From Gammaproteobacteria bacterium (GTDB lineage Bacteria; Pseudomonadota; Gammaproteobacteria; Tethybacterales; Persebacteraceae): DNA of 64,000 nt. Positions 21,192 to 30,045 of this stretch are shown here, one piece after another. Location: the NCBI GenBank assembly GCA_965243565.1, contig OZ251571.1:905129-969128 (forward strand), written 5' to 3'. The notes beneath the pieces are model-generated. The model ran no database searches. It was given only the letters and a program-made list of their open reading frames with translations, and was not told where the DNA came from. Both the position numbers and the translations under genes were made by a program. Each line of letters begins with the position of its first letter. The stretch's first letter is position 1.

Positions 21192-21481
21192 GATTTGAGT
21201 ACAATACCTTTCTATCCAGATTCTATTGTGGTTATATTAGGGGCTACCGATATAAGATCATTTAGCAATTTTGACGTTAAGATTGATGGTAAAGTTTATC
21301 AATATATCGTTAGAAAAAATGTACGCATTTTGCTTTGGTTTGTAAAATTGCTGCAATTAATTTATTGAGATGAATTATGCAAAGGTCTAAATTATATTAA
21401 AAAAGCAGTAAAAATCGATAGGTGCAAAAACTTTTTGCAGTAGTACGGTCTATGATAATAATGCAATGATAGAATCCACTT

Positions 21482-22966
21482 ATGTCAGAATCAATACACA
21501 CCCTTAGGCGTCAGCATCTAGAACAATTAAGAAAAGAAGGCAACCCCTTCCCTAACGATTTTAAACGGGATAATACCACTGGTAATTTGTTAGCGCAATA
21601 CGGTGAAAATTCACGCGAAGAACTTGAAGATTTAAACGCCACTGCTAAAATTGGCGGGCGTTTAATGTTGCACCGCCGTATGGGCAAGGCATCTTTTTTT
21701 ACCATTCAAGATATGGCAGGCAGAATACAAATCTATGCTGGTAAAGCAACTTTGGGTGATGATGAGTTTGCAAAAACTGATGCTTTGGATATTGGCGATA
21801 TTATCGCTTGTGAAGGCACCATTTTTAAAACAAAGACAGGCGAATTAACATTGCGTGCCAATGTGGTTCGTTTGCTTACAAAATCCCTGCATCCTCTTCC
21901 TGATAAGTTTCATGGTTTGACTGATGTTGACGTGCGTTATCGGCAGCGGTATGTGTCGTTAATGGTTAATCAAGAAGAACAAGAGATATTTAGATGTCGT
22001 GCAGAGACCATTCGTTATATTCGGAATTATTTTCATACAAGAGGCTATTTAGAAGTCGAAACACCTGTTTTGCAAGCGATTCCCGGAGGGGCGGCGGCAC
22101 GTCCATTTGTAACACATTACAACGCACTGGATGATAATTTTTATCTGCGTATTGCACAGGAGTTGTACATTAAACGCTTATTGGTAGCTGGTTTTGACAA
22201 AGTCTTTGAGTTAAATAAAAATTTTAGAAACGAAGGAACATCACCTAGGCATAATCCTGAATTTACGATGCTTGAATTTAACGCCGCTTATCAAGATTAT
22301 GAAGATTTTATAAATGTAACCGAGGATTTACTTCACGGTTTGGTTGTGCAAATAACTGGTAATGAAGTTATCAATTATCAAGGAAAAGAAATCTCATTTA
22401 AACGCCCGTTTGCTCGTCTTTCGCCTGCCCAAGCCATTGCCGAGCAATATCCTGAATGGTCGGTAGAGCAGTTGCAAGATGCTGCGTTTTTAAGCCAAGC
22501 CATTCTAAAATACGCAGGCAGTAAAGTGCAAAATATAGACAAAATGAGCGTTGGCGAATTGCAATTATTGTTATTTGAAAAATGTGCCGAGCATCATTTA
22601 ATTCAACCTACTTTTTTAATTGACTACCCTGCCGAATCATCCCCTTTGGCAAGACGTAGAGATGGTGCACCTTCTATTGCGGATCGCTTTGAACTATTTA
22701 TTGCAGGGCGCGAATTGGTCAATGGTTTTTCTGAACTCAATGATCCTGATTTGCAATCTGAATTGTTTAGAAAGCAGGCACAGCAACAAGCAGACGGCGA
22801 TGAAGAAGCGATGTTTTATGATGCCGATTATATTAATGCACTAGAATACGGTTTGCCACCCAATGCTGGTGGCGGTATTGGTATCGATCGCTTGGTTATG
22901 TTGCTAACCGATCAAGCGTCGATTCGTGATGTTATATTATTTCCGCAACTAAAATCTAAAAAATAA
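21482..22966 (+). CDS. lysS: Lysyl-tRNA synthetase (class II)
   Basis: 494 aa; OB-fold N-domain and class II motifs (FRNEG, GGGIGIDRLVMLLT). Confidence 0.95.
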   Translation: MSESIHTLRRQHLEQLRKEGNPFPNDFKRDNTTGNLLAQYGENSREELEDLNATAKIGGRLMLHRRMGKASFFTIQDMAGRIQIYAGKATLGDDEFAKTDALDIGDIIACEGTIFKTKTGELTLRANVVRLLTKSLHPLPDKFHGLTDVDVRYRQRYVSLMVNQEEQEIFRCRAETIRYIRNYFHTRGYLEVETPVLQAIPGGAAARPFVTHYNALDDNFYLRIAQELYIKRLLVAGFDKVFELNKNFRNEGTSPRHNPEFTMLEFNAAYQDYEDFINVTEDLLHGLVVQITGNEVINYQGKEISFKRPFARLSPAQAIAEQYPEWSVEQLQDAAFLSQAILKYAGSKVQNIDKMSVGELQLLLFEKCAEHHLIQPTFLIDYPAESSPLARRRDGAPSIADRFELFIAGRELVNGFSELNDPDLQSELFRKQAQQQADGDEEAMFYDADYINALEYGLPPNAGGGIGIDRLVMLLTDQASIRDVILFPQLKSKK

Positions 22967-22978
22967 CGATTTTCGTTA

Positions 22979-23017
22979 TATTACGTTACCCTTGCTTATC
23001 GCAGGGATAACGTAATA
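22979..23017. terminator. Bidirectional hairpin between convergent lysS and rluB
   Basis: ~13-bp stem TATTACGTTACCC / GGGATAACGTAATA (one bulge) with a 12-nt loop; a T-run on the minus-strand side (TTATTTTTT). Confidence 0.5.
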
Positions 23018-23034
23018 CGTAAAATAGTACTTAC

Positions 23035-25662
23035 TTATTTTTGCTCGGTATTATTAAGATAGAGTTCGCGACATTCACCTGGGTTTAATTTTTCAGGTAA
23101 GTGAAAACTGCCAAACCGTACCCGAATCAAACGACTGATGCCTATATCATAATGCTCGAATATACGACGGACGATTCTATTTTTGCCTTCGTTTAATATT
23201 ATTCGATACCAAGAGTTTACGCCTTCGCCTTCAATTTCTAATTTAAAATGAGACGGGCGTATAAGGTCTTTTCCTTCTAAAACCAAGCCGTTTTCTAAAA
23301 TATCAGCGATACTACTTTCATCTAACGCTCTATCTGCACGAATGCGGTATTCTCTTTCATAGCCATTAGATGGATGTGAATATTGATGTACCCAATCGCC
23401 ATTGGTTGAAAATAATAGTAGCCCTTCTGTTGCAACATCCAAACGCCCAACGCTCATCCAACGTCCGTTGTCTAATGTGGGTAAGTCTTCAAAAACAGTA
23501 TCAATTCCGTCGCTTTCGACAATTTTTCCGACGGGCTTGTAATAAGCCAACCATCTGTCTGGAATGTCTTGCACTGTGATTACTTTATCGTTGACGAGAA
23601 CTTTATCGGTCGGTGTGACGCGTTGTCCTACCGTTGCGATTTCACCGTTGACTGTGACTACACCAGATTCTATGAGTGTTTCCATTTTTCGCCGTGAACC
23701 CAAACCGGCAGTGGCAAGCATTTTTTGCAATTTTTCATCATTGTTCTTAGGTGCATTATCTACGTGAGGTCCGTTATTTAAATTAACCCATTTGCTGATT
23801 GTTTTTTCTTGAGATGGTTTTTTATCTGATTGCTCTCTATTATCGGAAAAATGAGGTTTATCATTGTCGCCTCGATCTGGTCTATCACCTCCGTTGTCAG
23901 AAAAACGGGGCTGGGCTGGGCGATCTTCATAGGGGCGATTACCACCGCCACTGTCTTTATCTGAAAATTTTGGTTTATCACCATCGCCAACTGGTCTGCC
24001 ACCGCCTGATGGTCTATCTCCATATGATGGTCTATCTCCATATGATGGTCTGCCGCCGCCTGATGGTCTATCTCCATATGATGATCTGCCGCCGCCTGAT
24101 GGTCTATCTCCAAATGGTGGTCTGCCACCGCCTGATGGTCTATCTCCATAAGATGGTCTGCCGCCGCCTGATGGTCTATCTCCATAAGATGGTCTGCCGC
24201 CGCCTGATGGTCTATCTCCATATGATGGTCTGCCACCGCCTGATGGTCTATCTCCATATGATGGTCTGCCACCGCCTGATGGTCTATCTCCATAAGATGG
24301 TCTGCCACCGCCTGATGGTCTATCTCCATAAGATGGTCTGCCGCCGCCTGATGGTCTATCTCCACGAGATGGTCTGCCGCCGCCTGATGGTCTATCTCCA
24401 TATGATGGTCTGCCACCGCCTGATGGTCTATCTCCATAAGATGGTCTGCCTCCGCCTGATGGTCTATCTCCATATGATGGTCTGCCACCGCCTGATGGTC
24501 TATCTCCATAAGATGGTCTGCCACCGCCTGATGGTCTATCTCCATATGATGGTCTGCCACCGCCTGATGGTCTATCTCCATAAGATGGTCTGCCGCCGCC
24601 TGATGGTCTATCTCCATATGATGGTCTGCCGCCGCCTGATGGTCTATCTCCATATGATGGTCTGCCACCGCCTGATGGTCTATCTCCATATGATGGTCTG
24701 CCGCCGCCTGATGGTCTATCTCCATAAGATGGTCTGCCGCCGCCTGATGGTCTATCTCCATATGATGGTCTGCCACCGCCTGATGGTCTATCTCCATAAG
24801 ATGGTCTGCCGCCGCCTGATGGTCTATCTCCATATGATGGTCTGCCTCCGCCTGATGGTCTATCTCCATATAATGGTCTGCCGCCGCCTGATGGTCTATC
24901 TCCATATGATGGTCTGCCTCCGCCTGATGGTCTATCTCCATATGATGGTCTGCCACCGCCTGATGGTCTATCTCCATAAGATGGTCTGCCTCCGCCTGAT
25001 GGTCTGCCACCGCCTGATGGTCTATCTCCATAAGATGGTCTGCCGCCGCCTGATGGTCTATCTCCATATGATGGTCTGCCGCCGCCTGATGGTCTATCTC
25101 CATGAGATGGTCTGCCACCACCTGATGGTCTATCTCCATGAGATGGTCTGCCACCGCCTGATGGTCTATCTCCATAAGATGGTCTGCCACCGCCTGATGG
25201 TCTATCTCCATAAGATGGTCTGCCGCCGCCTGATGGTCTATCTCCATATGATGGTCTGCCACCGCCTGATGGTCTATCTCCATAAGATGGTCTGCCGCCG
25301 CCTGATGGTCTATCTCCATGAGATGGTCTGCCACCGCCTGATGGTCTATCTCCATAAGATGGTCTGCCGCCGCCTGATGGTCTATCTCCATAAGATGGTC
25401 TGCCACCGCCTGATGGTCTATCTCCATATGATGGTCTGCCACCGCCTGATGGTCTATCTCCATATGATGGTCTGCCACCACCTGATGGTCTATCTCCAAA
25501 TGGTGGTCTGCCGAATCTTGGTCTGTCGCCTGATGAGGCTTTGTCAAAGTCGCTGCGCGGTCTATCGCTTGTTTTGTTGTGTCGTGAGGAATCGTTAGAT
25601 GTATTTTTTACGTCGGCAGAATTGGTTGATTGAGATTTTGTCTCGTCTTTTTGTGGTGTCAT
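23035..25662 (-). CDS. rluB: 23S rRNA pseudouridine synthase RluB with a ~640-aa N-terminal low-complexity (SYGDRPSGGGRP)n extension
   Basis: C-terminal 233 aa are a canonical S4 domain + RsuA/RluB catalytic domain (EKLQKMLATAGLGSRRKMETLIESG...GRLDVATEGLLLF). Upstream, in the same frame, ~42 twelve-residue repeats. Conserved scpA-scpB-rluB synteny, 55-bp gap to scpB. Confidence 0.8.
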   Translation of the reverse strand: MTPQKDETKSQSTNSADVKNTSNDSSRHNKTSDRPRSDFDKASSGDRPRFGRPPFGDRPSGGGRPSYGDRPSGGGRPSYGDRPSGGGRPSYGDRPSGGGRPSYGDRPSGGGRPSHGDRPSGGGRPSYGDRPSGGGRPSYGDRPSGGGRPSYGDRPSGGGRPSYGDRPSGGGRPSHGDRPSGGGRPSHGDRPSGGGRPSYGDRPSGGGRPSYGDRPSGGGRPSGGGRPSYGDRPSGGGRPSYGDRPSGGGRPSYGDRPSGGGRPLYGDRPSGGGRPSYGDRPSGGGRPSYGDRPSGGGRPSYGDRPSGGGRPSYGDRPSGGGRPSYGDRPSGGGRPSYGDRPSGGGRPSYGDRPSGGGRPSYGDRPSGGGRPSYGDRPSGGGRPSYGDRPSGGGRPSYGDRPSGGGRPSYGDRPSGGGRPSYGDRPSGGGRPSRGDRPSGGGRPSYGDRPSGGGRPSYGDRPSGGGRPSYGDRPSGGGRPSYGDRPSGGGRPSYGDRPSGGGRPSYGDRPSGGGRPPFGDRPSGGGRSSYGDRPSGGGRPSYGDRPSYGDRPSGGGRPVGDGDKPKFSDKDSGGGNRPYEDRPAQPRFSDNGGDRPDRGDNDKPHFSDNREQSDKKPSQEKTISKWVNLNNGPHVDNAPKNNDEKLQKMLATAGLGSRRKMETLIESGVVTVNGEIATVGQRVTPTDKVLVNDKVITVQDIPDRWLAYYKPVGKIVESDGIDTVFEDLPTLDNGRWMSVGRLDVATEGLLLFSTNGDWVHQYSHPSNGYEREYRIRADRALDESSIADILENGLVLEGKDLIRPSHFKLEIEGEGVNSWYRIILNEGKNRIVRRIFEHYDIGISRLIRVRFGSFHLPEKLNPGECRELYLNNTEQK
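23992..25512. repeat. Tandem array of ~42 copies of a 36-bp unit (GGTCTGCCACCGCCTGATGGTCTATCTCCATATGAT) inside the rluB 5' region
   Basis: Direct visual periodicity of 36 bp across ~1.5 kb; one 18-bp half-unit variant. Substitutions are mostly at positions synonymous in the RluB frame. Confidence 0.95.
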
Positions 25663-25716
25663 TATTGTGTTTCGGTTAGGTGAGAGGTGCTACATAAAGC
25701 AATGAATAAGTGTTTT

Positions 25717-26286
25717 TCATTCTGCTACGGTAGTGTTTGTGTTTTCGTTAATGATGTCATCTAGGTTTTCTAGCGTGGGTAGTTCGTCAAATGATATTAA
25801 CCCTAGATCATCTAATAGTGTTTTTGTTGTTGCGTATAGTGTTGGTCTTCCCGGCGTTGGTTTTTGCCCGACTGCCTCGATCCAATGGAGCTCTTCTAAA
25901 AAGCTAATTTGTGAGTTAGAAACGGCAATGCCGCGTAGTTTTTCTATATCGCCGCGCGTAACGGGCTGTTGATAGATGATGATTGAGAGGACTTCGAGCA
26001 TAGAGCGAGAGAATTTAGGCGGGCGTTGTGGGTTTAATCGCCTTAAGTATGGCTGGTAATCGGCATGGCTGATTAATTGATATCCCCCTGCACTTTCGAT
26101 TAATTTAAAAGCCCTGTTTTGCCATGTTGTTTGTAAATTTTTAATCGCTTGGCGTATGTTGTCATTATCTATATCTTCGTCATCAATAATCTTTTTAAAG
26201 GAGTTTATGGTTAATGGTTCATTGGCAACCAATAAACTTAGTTCAATAACGTTTTCAATTAAGCTGAGGTTGGGTTTTTCGCTCAT
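25717..26286 (-). CDS. scpB: Segregation and condensation protein B
   Basis: 189 aa, winged-helix ScpB motifs (IENVIELSLLVANEPLT...). Confidence 0.85.
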   Translation of the reverse strand: MSEKPNLSLIENVIELSLLVANEPLTINSFKKIIDDEDIDNDNIRQAIKNLQTTWQNRAFKLIESAGGYQLISHADYQPYLRRLNPQRPPKFSRSMLEVLSIIIYQQPVTRGDIEKLRGIAVSNSQISFLEELHWIEAVGQKPTPGRPTLYATTKTLLDDLGLISFDELPTLENLDDIINENTNTTVAE

Positions 26287-27053
26287 ATATTTTTTTCAGT
26301 TGTCTGTTCGATTATTAATTCATCGTCATCTTGTTCTTGTTTTAGCACAACCATTTTTTCTAGTTGCATTTGTAATAACGCCATAAAGGTTATACCACCT
26401 TGTTTTGGTTTGACCACTTCAAAAAAAGAAAAAGATCTTTTTTTGGCAAAAAAACGAATTATTTCACTCATAACAGCACGAATGCTGATGGTTTCAGGAA
26501 TGACTTTATAATTTTCATTGGCTTTTAATCGCGCCATTAAGCTGGCAAATGCATTGCTAATTTGTGATGCATTAATAACAGGTTTTTGCACTGTTAGTGG
26601 AATTTCGACAGAAACCAATGGCGATGTAAAATCTCTACTTCGGCGTGATAGTTGGTCAAATGAGGCAGATACGGTTTTGATGCGTTCGTATTCTAATAGT
26701 TGTCTAACCAAATCAGCCCTAGGATCGTTTTCGTCTTCGTCTTCGATGACAATGCGAGGTAACAACATTTTGGTTTTTATTTCGATTAAAAGAGCGGACA
26801 TAGACAAATAATCAGCAACGGTTTCCATATCGCTATGTAATATTTCTTCCATATAGGCAATGTATTGTTTACAAAGTGCTGTCATGGGGATATCAAGAAC
26901 ATCAAATTTATGTTTTCTAACCAAATATAACAATAAATCCAACGGACCTTCAAACATCTGTAATTGGACTCTTAGTGCTTTTGGAGGTAAGTAAAGTGCA
27001 GAGGGGAGTTCGTTTAAAATTTCGCCCTGAACACGAATAATAGAATCTGACAT
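26283..27053 (-). CDS. scpA: Segregation and condensation protein A (kleisin)
   Basis: 256 aa; LDLLLYLVRKHKFDVLDIPMTALCKQY matches ScpA. Confidence 0.85.
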   Translation of the reverse strand: MSDSIIRVQGEILNELPSALYLPPKALRVQLQMFEGPLDLLLYLVRKHKFDVLDIPMTALCKQYIAYMEEILHSDMETVADYLSMSALLIEIKTKMLLPRIVIEDEDENDPRADLVRQLLEYERIKTVSASFDQLSRRSRDFTSPLVSVEIPLTVQKPVINASQISNAFASLMARLKANENYKVIPETISIRAVMSEIIRFFAKKRSFSFFEVVKPKQGGITFMALLQMQLEKMVVLKQEQDDDELIIEQTTEKNI

Positions 27054-28237
27054 TAGTTTTTTATTTTCATAGCATCACGTACATTTCCCAATGTAATCTG
27101 TGCTTCGATGCGGGCGTTTATCGCCCCTTGATGAAGAATATCTTCGACGATTCCTTCTTTTGCAAATTCTTGACGTTTTTCGGTGAGTGGTTCTAATACG
27201 GTGTTTATATTTTGCGTGAGCTTCTTTTTGCAGTCAACACAGCCTATACTTGCTGTGGTGCATCCTTGTTGTATCCATTGATGTTCTTCGGCAGAAGAAA
27301 ATTCCTGATGAAGACTCCAAACTGGACATTTTTCGGGCGTGCCTTTATCGTCTCGTTTTTGACGTGCGGGATCAGTTTGCATTCTTGCAACTTTTTTTTG
27401 AATGGTTGGAGGGGTATCAAATAGTTCTATTGTATTGTCGTAGGATTTGGACATTTTACGCCCGTCTAAGCCTAATAAACGTGGCGTACGGGTCAGCAGT
27501 GAATCTGGAGCGACTAATATTTCTTGAGCGTCAAAAAGACAATGTCCGCGTAAAATTGATATTTCTTCGGCGGTTAAAGACAACTTATTAATGGCTTCTA
27601 GGACGTTGATAAGTGCCTCTTGCTTGCCGTGTTCGCGATAATTGCGAGTAGCAGTTACGATATCATCTTGTAAGTCTTGTGATAATTTTTTGAGCGTTAT
27701 TTTAAGATTTTTTTTGTAACAATCACTTTGACCATAAAAGCGATTAAAACGCCGTGCAACCTCTCGGGTAAATTCAACATGGGGCAGTTGGTCTTCACCT
27801 ACTGGTACAGTATCGGCACGATACGCCATGATGTCGGCACTTTGTAGTAATGGATAACCTAAAAAACCATAGGTATCTACGTTTTTTTGTAGGTTTTCTT
27901 TTTGTTCTTTATAAGTAGGCAATTGCATAAGCCAACTAAGTGGGCATATCATCGATAATAATAAATGCAGTTCGGCGTGTTCGGGAACATCAGATTGGAC
28001 GAATAGCACGGCTTTTTTTGGATCGATACCAACTGATAACCAACTAAGTACGATTTCGTGAGAAAGTGTTTTTAAGTTCTTAGGCGCAGCATAATCAGTG
28101 GTTAATGCATGCCAATCTGCAACAAAAAAATAACACTCGTTAGATTTTTGTAATTTTTTCCAGTTATTAAGGACACCACATAAATGACCAATATGTAGGG
28201 ATCCGGTAGGACGCATCCCCGATAAAATTCGTTTCAT
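27053..28237 (-). CDS. trpS: Tryptophanyl-tRNA synthetase (with an ~60-aa internal insertion relative to E. coli)
   Basis: HIGH-type motif (TGSLHIGHL) and KMSKS; 394 aa versus 334 in E. coli. Confidence 0.9.
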   Translation of the reverse strand: MKRILSGMRPTGSLHIGHLCGVLNNWKKLQKSNECYFFVADWHALTTDYAAPKNLKTLSHEIVLSWLSVGIDPKKAVLFVQSDVPEHAELHLLLSMICPLSWLMQLPTYKEQKENLQKNVDTYGFLGYPLLQSADIMAYRADTVPVGEDQLPHVEFTREVARRFNRFYGQSDCYKKNLKITLKKLSQDLQDDIVTATRNYREHGKQEALINVLEAINKLSLTAEEISILRGHCLFDAQEILVAPDSLLTRTPRLLGLDGRKMSKSYDNTIELFDTPPTIQKKVARMQTDPARQKRDDKGTPEKCPVWSLHQEFSSAEEHQWIQQGCTTASIGCVDCKKKLTQNINTVLEPLTEKRQEFAKEGIVEDILHQGAINARIEAQITLGNVRDAMKIKN

Positions 28238-28854
28238 TATTCCTCTTTATCAACTTCCCCTGCACCCTCACGAATTAGTAGTGGTGGATTTTCTGTAAAA
28301 TCTAGTACCGTAGTGGGTTCCATGAGACAAGGACCAGCATCAATAATAAGATCTACCTGTTTATCGAGGGTTTCTGCCATGTATCTATAATCAAGTGGTT
28401 CATCAGCATCTGCTAATTTAAGGGTGGACGTAATAATAGGCTCGCCAATTTCTCGAAGCAACGCTTGTCCTATTGGATTGGATAAAATTCTTAGTGCAAT
28501 GGTGCTACGCTTAGCAGAGGAATACAATGGCTTGCTAACCATTTTAGTGGCTTTTAATACAAACGTATAAGGTCCCGGTACATGCGATTTTATCAGGCGA
28601 TAAGATGGGTTATCAATGTGTCCATAATTGCCAATTTGGGCTAGATTTTGACATGACAGCGTAAAAAGATGCTTGTCATCCAAACCTCGTAATTGGCGAA
28701 TTTTATCGACAAGATGTACATTTCTTTGCAAACAACCAAAAGCATAATAAGAATCAGTTGGATACACAATTAGACCGTTTTGAATAAATTCAGCTGCCTT
28801 TGAGATGAGTCGATCTTGAGGATTTTGTGGGTGTATATTTAATATAGTTGTCAT
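28237..28854 (-). CDS. L-threonylcarbamoyladenylate synthase family protein (YrdC/TsaC/YciO)
   Basis: 205 aa, YrdC-domain motif VYPTDSYYAFGC. Confidence 0.8.
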   Translation of the reverse strand: MTTILNIHPQNPQDRLISKAAEFIQNGLIVYPTDSYYAFGCLQRNVHLVDKIRQLRGLDDKHLFTLSCQNLAQIGNYGHIDNPSYRLIKSHVPGPYTFVLKATKMVSKPLYSSAKRSTIALRILSNPIGQALLREIGEPIITSTLKLADADEPLDYRYMAETLDKQVDLIIDAGPCLMEPTTVLDFTENPPLLIREGAGEVDKEE

Positions 28855-28903
28855 GCTATTACTCCATTTTCAGATATTTGTCAAAAATAGTTGATACTGA
28901 CTG

Positions 28904-29089
28904 TTATGAGTTCCTTAAGTGATAATGCATACCGCAATAAGGACAATTTGCTTCTCTGTTGATTTTGTTGAGGGGTAAAAACACACGCGGGTGTAACTGC
29001 CATTGCTCGGAATTTTTTGGGGGACAAAAGACAGGAAGGTCTTCTTCGTCAATAATTAAACTTTTAGCAATGCCGAATTCGTCCATCAT
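28904..29089 (-). CDS. Small zinc-finger (zf-CHCC-like) protein
   Basis: 61 aa with a CPx...CPYCGMHY zinc-ribbon; overlaps the ilvE stop, suggesting translational coupling. Confidence 0.4.
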   Translation of the reverse strand: MMDEFGIAKSLIIDEEDLPVFCPPKNSEQWQLHPRVFLPLNKINREANCPYCGMHYHLRNS

Positions 29090-30015
29090 GATTTTTTAAC
29101 GTAGGTAATCCACTTTTCAGAGTTTTTATTGTTGCCTTTGATTGCATCAAAAAAAGCGGCTTGTAATTGTGTGGTAATAGGCCCTCGCTTGCCGTCTCCT
29201 ATTTTGCGGTTATCGACTTCGGCAATGGGGGTAACTTCGGCGGCGGTACCAGTAAAAAATGCTTCGTCAGCACAATAGAGTGCATCACGGGTTAGGCTGC
29301 GTTCAATGATTTCAAAACCAATGTCGTTGGCAAGGGTAAAAATAGTGTCACGGGTAATACCATTTAAAACAGACGTTAGCATCGGTGTATAAATTTTATT
29401 ATTTGAAATAACAAATAAGTTTTCACCTGCGCCCTCTGCAAGTAAACCATTGACATCCAATAACAATGCTTCGTCATAGCCGTCATCTGCAGCTTCGGTA
29501 TGGGACATGACGGAATTAACATAATGACCGCCGATTTTGCCCAAACACATATTGCTGTTAACATGCATACGACAAAATGAGGATATTTTGACACGAATAC
29601 CATTTTTTAAGGCCTCTTCGCCTAAGTAGGTTCCCCATGGCCAAGCAGCTATAATAACGTGAACGGGATTGTTTGTTGCGGCGATTCCCAATTGATTCGC
29701 CCCATAAAACGCCAACGGGCGAATATAACAACTGGTCAGATTATTAGCGATAATAACATCGCTATGTGCTTGTTCTAGTTCTTCTGGTGAAAAAGGAATC
29801 TTCATCCGTAATATATGAGCGGACTGAAAAAATCGTTTATTATGCTCTTTTAAGCGGAAAATCCCCGACCCATTAATTGCCTCATAACAGCGTACACCCT
29901 CAAAAATACTGGTTCCATAGTTTAGCCCATGGGCAAGTACGTGAACAGTTGCGTCTTTCCACGGCACCAACTCTCCATCGTACCAAATAAATCCATTTCG
30001 CTCGGCAAGTGACAT
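29086..30015 (-). CDS. ilvE: Branched-chain amino acid aminotransferase
   Basis: 309 aa; class IV aminotransferase N-terminus WYDGELVPWKDATVHVLAHGLNYGTSIFEG. Confidence 0.9.
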   Translation of the reverse strand: MSLAERNGFIWYDGELVPWKDATVHVLAHGLNYGTSIFEGVRCYEAINGSGIFRLKEHNKRFFQSAHILRMKIPFSPEELEQAHSDVIIANNLTSCYIRPLAFYGANQLGIAATNNPVHVIIAAWPWGTYLGEEALKNGIRVKISSFCRMHVNSNMCLGKIGGHYVNSVMSHTEAADDGYDEALLLDVNGLLAEGAGENLFVISNNKIYTPMLTSVLNGITRDTIFTLANDIGFEIIERSLTRDALYCADEAFFTGTAAEVTPIAEVDNRKIGDGKRGPITTQLQAAFFDAIKGNNKNSEKWITYVKKS

Positions 30016-30045
30016 ATGCTTAAGTATACCAAATCTTCATGGTGC

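Noticed and set aside
21411-21436. Near-palindrome TGCAAAAACTTTTTGCA upstream of lysS as an operator
   Set aside because: A single occurrence, with imperfect central symmetry and no known regulator context. Noted only.
23992-25512. Possible CRISPR array (regular direct repeats)
   Set aside because: The units are contiguous with no unique spacers, lie inside an ORF, have a 36-bp period equal to the whole unit, and there are no cas genes. It is a coding minisatellite.
23778-25598. Long ORFs in two other frames across the repeat array (589 aa on the minus strand, HMEIDHQAVADH...; 599 aa on the plus strand, LMVYLHMMVC...)
   Set aside because: They are artefacts of a stop-free 36-bp repeat. Unit-to-unit substitutions are non-synonymous in these frames but synonymous in the RluB frame, and neither has a start context or homolog.
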